Positions 39,585-50,042 of a DNA stretch of 64,000 bases are shown here, in pieces. Location of the stretch: NCBI GenBank assembly GCA_964636235.1, contig CAZWQV010000004.1, forward strand, positions 3,257 to 67,256. Reading direction: 5' to 3'. The notes under the pieces are model-generated. The model had not been told where the DNA came from. It ran no database searches and saw only the letters and a program-made list of their open reading frames with translations. A program made the translations under genes and the position numbers. This stretch comes from an uncultured Thermoplasmatales archaeon (GTDB taxonomy: Archaea > Thermoplasmatota > E2 > DHVEG-1). Within the stretch, counting starts at the first letter, position 1; each line of letters begins with the position of its first letter.

Positions 39585-40562
39585 GTGAATAAAAATATTG
39601 TTTTTTTAGCAAAATTACCTGACACTTTATTGTCTTGGTTATCTCTTCAAATTTTTCGTGAAAAACCGTCCTTGATTATTTTCACCCTACATGGATTATT
39701 TCAAAATGAAAAAGAGATGCTTTTAAATCATGTTGATCCACAATTGGGTATTACTTTACATCATTTCGAACAATTTATTCGCTATTTTTTACAATCGGAT
39801 TATCAATTTATTTCACCAATTGATCTTAATAATGGTTTAGATCCAGAAAAATATTATATCATGCTTACCTTCGACGATGGCTATTATAATAATACTTATG
39901 CTCTAAAATATCTTAAAAAATATCAAATTCCTGCTTCATTTTTTATATCTATGGATCATATATTAAATCAAAAATGTTTCTGGTGGGATGTTCATTATAG
40001 ACGGAGAAAACAACAAGGATTTTCTACCTCTCAGATTCTTATTGAGCAAGATCAATTGAAATCATTATCAAATGCATCTATTGAAAAAAAGCTTATCAGT
40101 TGGTTTGGCAAAGATGCTTTTCATTCATTTGGGAATATTGATAGACCTTTTTCAATAGAAGAATTAAAATCTTTCGCTGCAGAACCTTTGGTTCATATTG
40201 GAAATCATACCAAAGACCATTCGATTTTGACGAATTTAACTGAACAGGAAATTAAAAATCAAATAGTAATAACTCAAGATTTCCTAAAAGAAATAACAGG
40301 TGGTTATCCAATAATGATTTCCTATCCAAATGGTAATTATTCTGAAAAAATAATATCAATTTCAAATAAGGCAGGGTTGAAAATAGCTTTTACAACAGAT
40401 GAAAGGAAAAACTATATGCCTTTCCAGAATATTTCATCAACAAAGTTACTGCATCGATTTGATTTAACAGAGAATGATATAATACTTCGTCAATGTATGT
40501 TATCTAGATCTGACATAGTACTTTATAGACTGTTGATTAAATTAATAAAAAGAAAATATTAA
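39585..40562 (+). CDS. Polysaccharide deacetylase (NodB/CE4, PgaB-like)
   Basis: LTFDDGY, FWWD, IGNHTKDH, SYPNG. GTG start after GAGG. Confidence 0.88.
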   Translation: MNKNIVFLAKLPDTLLSWLSLQIFREKPSLIIFTLHGLFQNEKEMLLNHVDPQLGITLHHFEQFIRYFLQSDYQFISPIDLNNGLDPEKYYIMLTFDDGYYNNTYALKYLKKYQIPASFFISMDHILNQKCFWWDVHYRRRKQQGFSTSQILIEQDQLKSLSNASIEKKLISWFGKDAFHSFGNIDRPFSIEELKSFAAEPLVHIGNHTKDHSILTNLTEQEIKNQIVITQDFLKEITGGYPIMISYPNGNYSEKIISISNKAGLKIAFTTDERKNYMPFQNISSTKLLHRFDLTENDIILRQCMLSRSDIVLYRLLIKLIKRKY

Positions 40563-40789
40563 TTTAATATTATATTAAATTATTAAAAATCATATAAAAA
40601 AATAATTCTAATTTATATAGTAATTTGCTATATTTTTACTTCATATGATTAAAATATTATTTTTGGAAATAGGGTTTTTTTGTGAAATGAAAAGGGTATT
40701 GTATATAAATTAGAATAAATCTCAATTACTTCTCTGTTTATTAACATAAAAATTTAAATATTTAATACTGTTTTACAGTAGTAGATGGC

Positions 40790-41713
40790 ATGGAATTGGG
40801 GGAGAATTTAGATATTTCTACCAACAACAAGCGCACATTGGCTGCTATTCCTTGCTTCAATGAGGCAACCTCAATTGGGAGTGTTATACTTAAGGCAAAA
40901 CGCTATGTCGATGAAGTGCTTGTTGTTGATGATGGAAGTACAGACGACTCATCAGAAATTGCCCTTTATGCAGGTGCAAGTGTTTTAAAACACGAAAAAA
41001 ATAGAGGTTATGGAGCAGTTATTCAGAGTTGTTTTAAATATGCTCGTGAACATAATTTTGATGTAATGGCAATTATTGATGGTGATGGACAACATGAAGC
41101 TGATGAATTACGAACGGTTATGAAACCGGTACTTGATAACAATATTGATATATCCATTGGGTCTCGATTTGTTGAAAATAATGGGAAAAATATCCCTAAA
41201 TATAGGCGTTTTGGAATAAATGTATTAACCAAAATAACCAATGCAGGTTCGAGTGCTTCTCATAAAATATCCGATGGGCAGAGTGGATTCCGGGCATATT
41301 CAAAAAGAGCGATTGGTACTCTAAATCCGAAGGATAATGATATGGGAGTTTCTGCTGAAATTATTATGCAAGGAAGAAAAAAACAATTATCATATGCAGA
41401 GGTACCAATTTCATGTCGGTATGATCTTAATGGTTCAACCAAAAATCCCGTTGGTCATGGGATTGGAGTCATATTGTCAATCGTAAAATATATGGAAGTA
41501 GAACATTCATTGTTATTTTTTGGTGTTCCTGGATTAATATTGTTTGCTCTTGGTTTGCTTGTGGGTTTCAATGTATATTCGAGCTATTATGGAACCGGTG
41601 AACTTGCTATTGGAAATGCTTTGATTACTATTGTTCTTATTATCGTGGGATCTCTTTCAGGAATGACAGGATTGGTTTTACATGCTGTTATTAATGCAAA
41701 CCGCAGATCATAA
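40790..41713 (+). CDS. GT2 glycosyltransferase, polyprenol-phosphate (DPM1/AglJ-like) with 2 C-terminal TMs
   Basis: IPCFNE, VVDDGSTD, NRGYG, DGDGQH, GSRF, DGQSGFRAY. Confidence 0.88.
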   Translation: MELGENLDISTNNKRTLAAIPCFNEATSIGSVILKAKRYVDEVLVVDDGSTDDSSEIALYAGASVLKHEKNRGYGAVIQSCFKYAREHNFDVMAIIDGDGQHEADELRTVMKPVLDNNIDISIGSRFVENNGKNIPKYRRFGINVLTKITNAGSSASHKISDGQSGFRAYSKRAIGTLNPKDNDMGVSAEIIMQGRKKQLSYAEVPISCRYDLNGSTKNPVGHGIGVILSIVKYMEVEHSLLFFGVPGLILFALGLLVGFNVYSSYYGTGELAIGNALITIVLIIVGSLSGMTGLVLHAVINANRRS

Positions 41714-42728
41714 GAATAATAACTGTTCCAGTTTTATTTCAGTTATCGTGGCGATTAAAAATGAAGAAGATTATATTGAAAAATGTTTAGATTCATTGGT
41801 CAATCAAACAATATCAAAAGACGTGTATAGAATAATGATTGTTGATGGTGGATCAACAGACAATACGATAAACCTTATTACACCTTATATTAAAAAATAT
41901 CCTGATTTCATTACTCTTTTTCATAACCCAAAACAATGGCAATCTTGTGGAAGAAATATTGCTATTGCTCATGATGATAAGAGCAATCTCATTGCTTATA
42001 TTGATGGTCATTGTATTGCTGATGCTTATTGGCTTGAAAATTTATATCATAGTTATATGGAAAGCAAATCTGATAGTCTAGCTGGTATTGGATCGATTCA
42101 TTGCAGCCCAGATGATGAAACAAAAATTGGAAAAGCAATAGATCAAGTATTCTTAACTCCTCTTGGGGGAATGGGTACCTCTTATCAACCTCAAAAAGAA
42201 AAAAAATCTGTTATGACTGCACCTTTTGTATTATATTCAAAAAAAGCTGTTCAACAAGTTGGCGGCTATGATGAAGATATGAAAATAGGTGAAGATTTTA
42301 CATTAAATTATAAATTAAAGGAAAAGAAATTTTCATTATTCATTGAACCAAAAGCTATTGTTTATTATTATAAAAAACAATCATTTATCGCCTTTTTTAA
42401 ACAAATGTTAAATTATGGATATGCAAAGGCAATTATTGCAAAAAAATATCCATCGTCGATTTCTATATTTCAATATATTCCTAGTTTATTTTTATTAGGT
42501 TTATTTGTAAATGTCCTGTTAGTATTATTTTTACCAATAGTAATTTTTTTTATTGGTGCTGTAGTACTATGTTATCTTATTCTTATTTTATCATTCACTC
42601 TCCTAACAACTCTTAGAAAGCAAGAAGTATTCTATTGTTATTTTATGCCGATTATTTTTCTGTTACAACATATTGGTTTTAGTATTGGATTTCTCATTGG
42701 CCTATTTAAAAAAGGGTGGGCTCAATGA
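41682..42728 (+). CDS. GT2 glycosyltransferase (ExoA-like) with C-terminal TMs
   Basis: VDGGSTDNT, RN, IDGH, VGGYDE, GEDF..N, QMLNYG. Confidence 0.88.
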   Translation: MLLLMQTADHKNNNCSSFISVIVAIKNEEDYIEKCLDSLVNQTISKDVYRIMIVDGGSTDNTINLITPYIKKYPDFITLFHNPKQWQSCGRNIAIAHDDKSNLIAYIDGHCIADAYWLENLYHSYMESKSDSLAGIGSIHCSPDDETKIGKAIDQVFLTPLGGMGTSYQPQKEKKSVMTAPFVLYSKKAVQQVGGYDEDMKIGEDFTLNYKLKEKKFSLFIEPKAIVYYYKKQSFIAFFKQMLNYGYAKAIIAKKYPSSISIFQYIPSLFLLGLFVNVLLVLFLPIVIFFIGAVVLCYLILILSFTLLTTLRKQEVFYCYFMPIIFLLQHIGFSIGFLIGLFKKGWAQ

Positions 42729-43858
42729 ACATCTGTATAGTCTCGTTTATAATTTCAAAAGCATTTCAGTCACCACTTTCTAATCTTTTATCTATTATAG
42801 ATCAAAAGGAAAATCATATCACTCTCATTTGTAGTTCAATTGAGAAAATTAATCAAACTGAGCATATGCAAGATATAAAATGGATTGAAAAACCATTTCA
42901 AAAACCTACAAATGTACTTCTATATGGATTCCGTTATATGTTATTACAAATACAAATATGTCTTTATCTTTTAAAACAGGCAAAAAACAATGACTGTTTC
43001 CTTTTCTTTATGGAGGGAGTGGGCGTTCTTCCAATGATACTTGTTAAAATATTACATAAACCTCTGATTTGGATGCTTCCTTCAAGTATTCTTATGGTGC
43101 AGTCTTCAAAAAAAACGATTATTTATCAGGTTATGAAAAATTTACAATCGTTCTGTGCTGGTTTATCAACCGTTCTGATTTTATATTCCCGTAATTTAAT
43201 TCGGCAATGGAATCTTGAAAAATTTGAAAAAAAAGTACATATTGCCCATGAACATTTCCTTGATTTCTCTCATTTCAAAAATTTGAAACCCTATGAATCC
43301 CGTTCACAAGTTATTGGTCATATCGGTCGATTAAGTGATGAAAAAGGAACATTGCAATTTCTAAATGCTATCCCTTCTATTATTAAAAATGATGCAGATT
43401 GTACTTTTTTTATTGGAGGCGACGGAGTATTATCTGAGACTGTAAAACAATTTATTGAACAAAATAGATTACAAGATAAAATAAGGTACGGTGGATGGAT
43501 TTCACGTAAAGACCTACCTGAGATATTAAGTAGTCTTAAACTTCTTGTAATACCATCAAAGACCGAAGGACTTCCCAATATGATGATTGAGGCAATGGCT
43601 TGTGGAACCCCTGTTTTAGCTACATCTGTTGGATCGATTCCAGATATAATCAAAGATGAAGATACAGGATTTATCCTTTCAGATATATCCCCTGATAGAA
43701 TAAAAAGTGATATTAAACGTGCTTTATCCCATTCAAAAATAAATCAGATATCAAAAAAGTCCTCTGATATCATTCAACAACAATTTAATCGAAACCAAAC
43801 AGTTTACACGTTTCAACAGATATTGTCAATTATAAAAAATTCATATTGTCAAGATTAG
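42725..43858 (+). CDS. GT4 glycosyltransferase
   Basis: GRLSDEKG, PSKTEGLPNMMIEAMACGTPV. ATGA overlap with the previous stop. Confidence 0.9.
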   Translation: MNICIVSFIISKAFQSPLSNLLSIIDQKENHITLICSSIEKINQTEHMQDIKWIEKPFQKPTNVLLYGFRYMLLQIQICLYLLKQAKNNDCFLFFMEGVGVLPMILVKILHKPLIWMLPSSILMVQSSKKTIIYQVMKNLQSFCAGLSTVLILYSRNLIRQWNLEKFEKKVHIAHEHFLDFSHFKNLKPYESRSQVIGHIGRLSDEKGTLQFLNAIPSIIKNDADCTFFIGGDGVLSETVKQFIEQNRLQDKIRYGGWISRKDLPEILSSLKLLVIPSKTEGLPNMMIEAMACGTPVLATSVGSIPDIIKDEDTGFILSDISPDRIKSDIKRALSHSKINQISKKSSDIIQQQFNRNQTVYTFQQILSIIKNSYCQD

Positions 43859-43870
43859 GAGGCTATCAAT

Positions 43871-44998
43871 ATTAGAATAATACTCGGTACTCAGTTTCCA
43901 GATGTTAACGAGCAAATTTGGGGCGGTGTACAAGCAGTAAGTGTAAATTTATATCATGGATTTAACCAATTTAAAAATGATGATGATTTTCTTGTTGTTA
44001 GTGGTAGTAAAAAGAATCAGGGATATTCCAAATCGTTAAATGATGTGTATTTTATAAAAAAACCATGGTTTAAATTTGGAAGCATTTTTTTGTCAACCTA
44101 TCCTTATCGAATTAATAATTTTCTTAAAACAAATTCTTTTGATATAATAAATGCTCATACCTTAGATTTTGCCTCTGTTCATAAACAGTATAAAAAAAAG
44201 TTAATTTTCACACCACATGGTTTTAATTGGATAGAACAGAAATATATTCATCCACTGAAAAAGCCATTTTGGAACTTATTCTATGTAAGAAGATTCTTTT
44301 CCATTCTAAGACATGTTCAGTATTTGATTTCAATTAACCCATGTAGCACTGAAGAATTCGAACAATTTACTAATGCTACAATTTTTGATATTCCAAATCC
44401 AGTTTCTGATTCATTTTTTGATATTTCCCAAAAACCTTCTGTAAATTCATTTCTATGGATGGGTGTTATTTCAAAAATGAAAAATTTATATACTTTACTT
44501 AAAGCTCTAGTGATTATAAAAGAAAAGAAAAAAGATTTTACCTTGTATGTTGCAGGAAAAATCGATGATATTGAATATTACCGGCAATTAACATTATTTA
44601 TAGCGCAAAAGGGACTACAAGACCATGTGGTATTTCTAGGCGTTATTAACAATCATAGAAAAATTGAATATTTTTCAAAAATGTCCTTTTTTATTTTAAC
44701 ATCTTTTAACGAGCATGCTCCAATGGTTATATCAGAATCATTTGCAGCTTCTCGACCAGTGATCGCATCTAATGTTGGAGGCATTCCTTATATGATAGAG
44801 GAAAATAAAACTGGTTTTCTTGTTGACCCCAATAATGAACAGCAGATTGCTGATAAAATATTATTTTTATTAGAAAATACCTCAATAGCAGAAAAAATGG
44901 GATTTAATGCAAGGCAAGTTGCTTTAAAACAAAATGTATTATCACTTGTTATTGAAAGATATAGACGAGCTTATAGTTATGTTTATGAAAATCTATAG
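43871..44998 (+). CDS. GT4 glycosyltransferase (true start probably the non-canonical ATT upstream of the listed ORF)
   Basis: Frame is open from 43859: IRIILGTQFP...WGGVQAVSVNL (typical GT4 N-terminus), FTPHG, EHAPMVISE, SNVGGIP. AGGAGG at 43857-43862 lies 8 nt before ATT. Confidence 0.85.
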   Translation: MRIILGTQFPDVNEQIWGGVQAVSVNLYHGFNQFKNDDDFLVVSGSKKNQGYSKSLNDVYFIKKPWFKFGSIFLSTYPYRINNFLKTNSFDIINAHTLDFASVHKQYKKKLIFTPHGFNWIEQKYIHPLKKPFWNLFYVRRFFSILRHVQYLISINPCSTEEFEQFTNATIFDIPNPVSDSFFDISQKPSVNSFLWMGVISKMKNLYTLLKALVIIKEKKKDFTLYVAGKIDDIEYYRQLTLFIAQKGLQDHVVFLGVINNHRKIEYFSKMSFFILTSFNEHAPMVISESFAASRPVIASNVGGIPYMIEENKTGFLVDPNNEQQIADKILFLLENTSIAEKMGFNARQVALKQNVLSLVIERYRRAYSYVYENL

Positions 44999-45032
44999 AT
45001 GAATGTGTATTAATTGAACTAAGGTAATTAGA

Positions 45033-46868
45033 ATGGAATTCATTCAATGGCAACAAGTAAGAAAAATCCAGCTGATTATAGGCTATCTGTTATTACTTTT
45101 TGCTAGTATTATTATTTTTGAAACTTCCAAGGCGGCGGGATATGAAATATCAATTTATGCTGCTTTCCCGTTATCATTCTGGTTTTGCTTTATTATAAGT
45201 TTGGGGATTGGTTTTTTAACTATCTTTCAGGAATTAATTTTGAAAAGAAGAACAAAATTATGGATCTATGGGTTCTTGATTGTTTTTTTTGGCAATTTTC
45301 TTTTTCTTTTTCTCCCATTATTTCGTGGTTATTGTTTTGCTGGTGGAGCAAATACAGATTTATTTTCACATGTAGGTTTTATTAGAGAAATCATTCAAAC
45401 AGGGCATTTCTCTTCTATGAATTTTTATCCCTCGATTCATATTATGTCATATGTTTCATCTGGACTTTTGAATTTTTCATTTATTGAAACTCTCTGGTTT
45501 TTTCCTGTTTTTTTTTCAATGCTTTATACTATTGGAATGGTATTGCTTGCGTTTGTTTTTTCAGAGAAAAGAAAACAATTCCTTTTAATTTCACTTTTAT
45601 CTTTGATATTAATTTTTGATGGGTTTCATTTTTCATTTCAACCTTCATTTTTTTCTTTCATACTTCTTCCCGTATTGATGTATCTTTATCAAAAAAGAAG
45701 ATTTTTCCATGGTAAGATTGAGATGACAGTGCTCATTGTTGTCATGAGCTTTTTCATCGTCTTTTTTCATCCTATGACCACAATATTTGCCATTATAATA
45801 TTTTTAATTTTTTATTTAGCAGAAGTTATATTGAAATTATTGAAGCCTTATTTACATAATTATGTTGATGTTATCACATGGGATAAAACCACTAATATTG
45901 TTATCATATTAGTAGTGGCATTCGCGACTTGGTATACCTCATTTGGAGAAGGATTATCAGATATAAAAACAATCATTCAACTCCTCTTAAATAAACCTGA
46001 ATGGGAGATAACAAAAGAATTCATTATGCCGCTTATTAATGCTCAATTGTCAACAGTTCAAACAGTACAATTATTTATTCTTCGGTATGGTACTATATTG
46101 ATATATGGTTTTATTTCTCTATTGGGCTTTTTATATGTAATAAAGAAATTTATTTTCTCTCGGGAGATAAAAGAACTTGAATTTTCTTATAGTCTTGAAT
46201 TAGTGGTGCTATTTATCATTGGCCTTGGTATGATGACGGGTTATTTTTTAGTAAATGATCCGATTAGAATATTACGTTATTTTTTAATGATTGCAACGGT
46301 TTTCAATGGAATTGTGTTATATCTCATTTTTAGAAGAAATATTGCTGCTAATATTCACTCGATTAGACATTCGATACTAGTGGTTCTATCTATTATTCTT
46401 ATTTTATTTTCCAGTTTTGTATGCATTGGTAATGTTTATCCTTCTCCTATGATTTGGCAGCCAAATTATGAATTTACATATATGAACTATGCTGGTTCTG
46501 AATGGATGGTAAATTATAGAGATTTAAATGTACCTATTGGTCAGGATGTTGGAAGTAATATTCTTAGAATGGAATATTATTTTTATGGTGTCGAAGAGGG
46601 AAATATGCGAATGTTTTTTCCACAAAGAGGTATTCCTGCTCACTTTGGTTATAATTCGAATATATCGTTGGAATCTTATTATAATTACAATGATACTTAC
46701 ATGGTTATTACAGAAAATGGTAAACAAGCCTTTAAGGCCTTTCCATCTTCGGTTCAAGAAATGGTTCATCAATATTCATTAAGCGATTTTGATCTGTTGA
46801 ATAGAAATACTATTGTTGATAAGTTATATGAAAATGGGGAAGTAGAATGCTGGTTATTAAATATATGA
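45033..46868 (+). CDS. Multi-pass membrane protein of archaeal glycosylation loci (polymerase or GT-C-like candidate)
   Basis: About 12-13 TMs, GYEISIY, D..SH, NFYP..H, FFHP, C-terminal KLYENGE. Confidence 0.6.
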   Translation: MEFIQWQQVRKIQLIIGYLLLLFASIIIFETSKAAGYEISIYAAFPLSFWFCFIISLGIGFLTIFQELILKRRTKLWIYGFLIVFFGNFLFLFLPLFRGYCFAGGANTDLFSHVGFIREIIQTGHFSSMNFYPSIHIMSYVSSGLLNFSFIETLWFFPVFFSMLYTIGMVLLAFVFSEKRKQFLLISLLSLILIFDGFHFSFQPSFFSFILLPVLMYLYQKRRFFHGKIEMTVLIVVMSFFIVFFHPMTTIFAIIIFLIFYLAEVILKLLKPYLHNYVDVITWDKTTNIVIILVVAFATWYTSFGEGLSDIKTIIQLLLNKPEWEITKEFIMPLINAQLSTVQTVQLFILRYGTILIYGFISLLGFLYVIKKFIFSREIKELEFSYSLELVVLFIIGLGMMTGYFLVNDPIRILRYFLMIATVFNGIVLYLIFRRNIAANIHSIRHSILVVLSIILILFSSFVCIGNVYPSPMIWQPNYEFTYMNYAGSEWMVNYRDLNVPIGQDVGSNILRMEYYFYGVEEGNMRMFFPQRGIPAHFGYNSNISLESYYNYNDTYMVITENGKQAFKAFPSSVQEMVHQYSLSDFDLLNRNTIVDKLYENGEVECWLLNI

Positions 46869-46953
46869 AATGGTATATTAATAAGTATTTAGAAATATAT
46901 ATTAATGATATTATGTATGAATATAAAAAAGGATATAAATAAATATATTTTTG

Positions 46954-48141
46954 ATGATCTTTATGAATAAAAGGTATGTTATTAAAGAAATTAATTCATG
47001 GGGGGAATTCATAAAATTAGAATCCGCATGGGACCATCTCATTCAATTACAATCAAAACATGCATTATTTTTGTCTTTTCCGATAATGAAACATTTTTTT
47101 AAAGTAATATATGATTCATATGAAGATATAAAAATTAAAATTATTCTCATAAATAATGATAAAAATGAGCTGAAAGGAATTATCCCATTTACAATTGAAA
47201 AAAAACGATTTGCACGAATCATTCCTTTCTATAAATTAGGTATTAAGGATAATATTATCGGTCTGTTTACTTTCCTTTTAGACCCAGCTGAGAATATTTC
47301 ACAAATGATGGATGAATTGTTTAGATATCTACGAACACACAAAAGCAAATGGGATATTCTTTCTTTACATCATGTTCCTTCTGATATGAATGGTATTGAT
47401 GATTTTTTATCTCTTGGTTCAAAAAATTTTAACATTAAAATAAATGAAACAAAAACACTTGTTGTTGCTAAACCTGTAGAATTTGCTGACATTCTTTCTC
47501 AAATGAATGGCAAAAAAAGAAGGGAAATGAAACGCAAGATACGGCGACTTTCTGAGGATGGTGACCTGGAATTGGTTTCCATAAATGATCATACCAAGAT
47601 AGAACAATATCTTCCAACTTTTTTTGATATTGAAAATAACAATTGGAAGGGTAAAATGGGCACGTCTATTCTGAAATCACCCTATTTACCATTTTTTGAA
47701 CAAATGGCTTTGTATCTCTCAGAAAGAAAAAAGTTTCATTTATATCTATTAAAGATTAAAAAAGTGTTCGTCTCAGGAATTTATGCTGTTATCGATAATG
47801 ATACATTATATTTTGTAAAGATTGGTTATGATGAAAATTATGCAAAATATTCTCCCTCGCTGGTATTATTTTATTTAGTATTTGAACAATTAACGAAACA
47901 ATACCAGATTCAATATATTGATTTTTTTGGCCCTATTGATTCCTATCAAACTATATTTGGTAAAACCACCAGAACATCCTATGACCTTACAATATTTAAT
48001 AGAAAACTTGTACCATCTTTTTATCATTTCACTTTAATGTTATTTAATAAAATACAGAATTATTCATTTGGGAAAAGGGTTATTAATACACTTTTAAAAA
48101 TTCCACTTCTTAAAGAAAAAATAAATAATATATATGAATAA
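46954..48141 (+). CDS. GNAT-fold acyltransferase, CelD/BcsL-like
   Basis: LESAWD.L, KRREMKRKIRRL, E..NWKG, KIGYDENYAKYSPS, IDFFG. Confidence 0.8.
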   Translation: MIFMNKRYVIKEINSWGEFIKLESAWDHLIQLQSKHALFLSFPIMKHFFKVIYDSYEDIKIKIILINNDKNELKGIIPFTIEKKRFARIIPFYKLGIKDNIIGLFTFLLDPAENISQMMDELFRYLRTHKSKWDILSLHHVPSDMNGIDDFLSLGSKNFNIKINETKTLVVAKPVEFADILSQMNGKKRREMKRKIRRLSEDGDLELVSINDHTKIEQYLPTFFDIENNNWKGKMGTSILKSPYLPFFEQMALYLSERKKFHLYLLKIKKVFVSGIYAVIDNDTLYFVKIGYDENYAKYSPSLVLFYLVFEQLTKQYQIQYIDFFGPIDSYQTIFGKTTRTSYDLTIFNRKLVPSFYHFTLMLFNKIQNYSFGKRVINTLLKIPLLKEKINNIYE

Positions 48142-48164
48142 ATGTATATTTTTATATATCATTA

Positions 48165-48698
48165 CTATTCTATTTTTTCCAACCATGCTTCTTTCCAAAA
48201 CAGATAACATGATCGGTTACATATTGGTCCAGCAACTGATAATTTCCCAGAACATGTAATCCCATCTAATAGCACAATTCCTTTTGCTTTGAAAAACTTG
48301 CACATCCGTTCATCAAAAAAATTATCTATTCTCTTATAGACAATTTGTTCGGTGTCGCAATATTGTATCATTTCATCCATAAAAGCACATCCTTCATAAC
48401 GATGGTTATTATCGAGAGTAGCAAATATTTCTTTCTTTGATTTTACTTTAACATGGTCGCCTGGTCTTAACTGTATTGGCTTGATTTCGGTCATTTCATT
48501 TTTTGTAGCAGATATAAAATTTCTTGTCTCTACATGTTTTATAAGTTGTTCAAGGGAATTGATAAAACCTTTTTTTAAAACATATATTATTAATTTTATC
48601 AAAGAAATTATTTTGCTTTGTATTTTAGCTGTTAACTCTTGCTGTTGAGCCATTGAATCAATATGATTTATCTGACATATTTTATCCATTTCATTCAC
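48165..48698 (-). CDS. Cys-rich conserved hypothetical protein
   Basis: LRPGDHVKVKSKKEIFATLD...F.DEM..YC...VLLDGITCSG...CNRSCYLFWKEAWLE. Confidence 0.7.
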   Translation of the reverse strand: MNEMDKICQINHIDSMAQQQELTAKIQSKIISLIKLIIYVLKKGFINSLEQLIKHVETRNFISATKNEMTEIKPIQLRPGDHVKVKSKKEIFATLDNNHRYEGCAFMDEMIQYCDTEQIVYKRIDNFFDERMCKFFKAKGIVLLDGITCSGKLSVAGPICNRSCYLFWKEAWLEKIE

Positions 48699-48935
48699 AT
48701 TTTTTCCAATCTTTGAATAAATCGTTAGATTGGATATAAAGTGGAATCTATTATGCTTTACTCCTTTTAATATAAATGCAAAATAAAAAAATATATGTTT
48801 AAGGATTTGATTTAAAAAAATTTGTAAAAATTATTTCAATAAATATTATAATATATCAAGTATTTCAGGTATAAATAATAAAAAAATTAATTGAGGGAAC
48901 TAAAGGTTAACAATATGCATTTGGGGGAACTATGA

Positions 48936-49961
48936 TTGACGAATCTTTCTGTTTCTATCCTTGAATCGATTCATGATGCTGATAAAAATCAATGGAATAA
49001 TCTTATCAATCAATCAAATGTAGGTTCAATATTTCAAAGATACGAATGGTTAAACGTTTTGGAGAAAGGATTACAATTAAAACCAAAACATATCTTGATA
49101 TCGAAAGATAATAATCCATTAGGTATTTTCCCCCATTTTATTATCAATGAACAAAAAGAACCATTTCAAAAATTATGTTCTGTTTCCCCCGGATTTGGAG
49201 GTCCAGTTATTGGAAAAGGCGAGGATGCGATTCTACCTTTAATGTTCCAACAAATCCCTAAAATATGTAAAGGTAAAATAGCACTTCACACCATGATTTT
49301 AAACAATTTGAATTATGTAAAATATGGTAAATTTCTTTTCAAATCTGGTTATCAGATGTCGCTTGATGGCCTTCGTTTTTATATAAATCTAAAAAATTCT
49401 TATGATGAACTTCTTAGCAATATGGATCATCATAAAAGAAAGGAGTTTAAAAAAATAAAGAAAACATTATATTCTGTAATTGAGCAAAAAAATAGTATAG
49501 ATTTTATTTCCAATTTCTATAAGGATTATACTGATTCATTAGAAAAAAATAATGTCTCTTCTTATCCATTTATCTTCTTTGAAACACTGTTAAAAGAAAT
49601 GAAAGATAATGTAAAAATATTTACTGCAATTGTCGATGATGTTGCCATTGGATCTGTTCTATGTATTCTTGATAATGAAAAAAATGTGATTCATGGATTT
49701 TTTTCAGCGATTCCTAGTAAATATTTGCATTTAAAACCATGGATTATGCTTCATGATTTTATTGTCCAATGGGGAAAAGATAAATCATTTCAATTCTATG
49801 ATCTCGGTGAAACACCTGCAGATTTTCTTGATTCAATATTCAAATATAAACAGGGGTTTGGCGGTTCCATCCATCCAATAATGTTGTGGGAAAAAAATTA
49901 CTCATTTATAAGATGGAATATATTTAAATCAGGTAGATATATATATCGTAAGTTATCTTGA
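48936..49961 (+). CDS. FemAB-like / GNAT-fold transferase
   Basis: GSIFQRYEWL, GGPV, RKE.KK, YDLGET, FKYKQGFGG. TTG start after GGGGG. Confidence 0.75.
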   Translation: MTNLSVSILESIHDADKNQWNNLINQSNVGSIFQRYEWLNVLEKGLQLKPKHILISKDNNPLGIFPHFIINEQKEPFQKLCSVSPGFGGPVIGKGEDAILPLMFQQIPKICKGKIALHTMILNNLNYVKYGKFLFKSGYQMSLDGLRFYINLKNSYDELLSNMDHHKRKEFKKIKKTLYSVIEQKNSIDFISNFYKDYTDSLEKNNVSSYPFIFFETLLKEMKDNVKIFTAIVDDVAIGSVLCILDNEKNVIHGFFSAIPSKYLHLKPWIMLHDFIVQWGKDKSFQFYDLGETPADFLDSIFKYKQGFGGSIHPIMLWEKNYSFIRWNIFKSGRYIYRKLS

Positions 49962-50042
49962 TCCTTGGATAAGATACTAAAGGATACCTAAAACAAATGG
50001 TGATATGTAATATAATACTATAAGGAAACGGGAGTATTTGAT

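Noticed and set aside
8273..43858. Genome-wide TAG recoding (pyrrolysine) suggested by in-frame TAGs at 8417 and 43856
   Set aside because: TAG ends asnS and mscS at their expected C-termini, the pseudogene also has a TAA and frameshifts, and no pyl genes are in the window.
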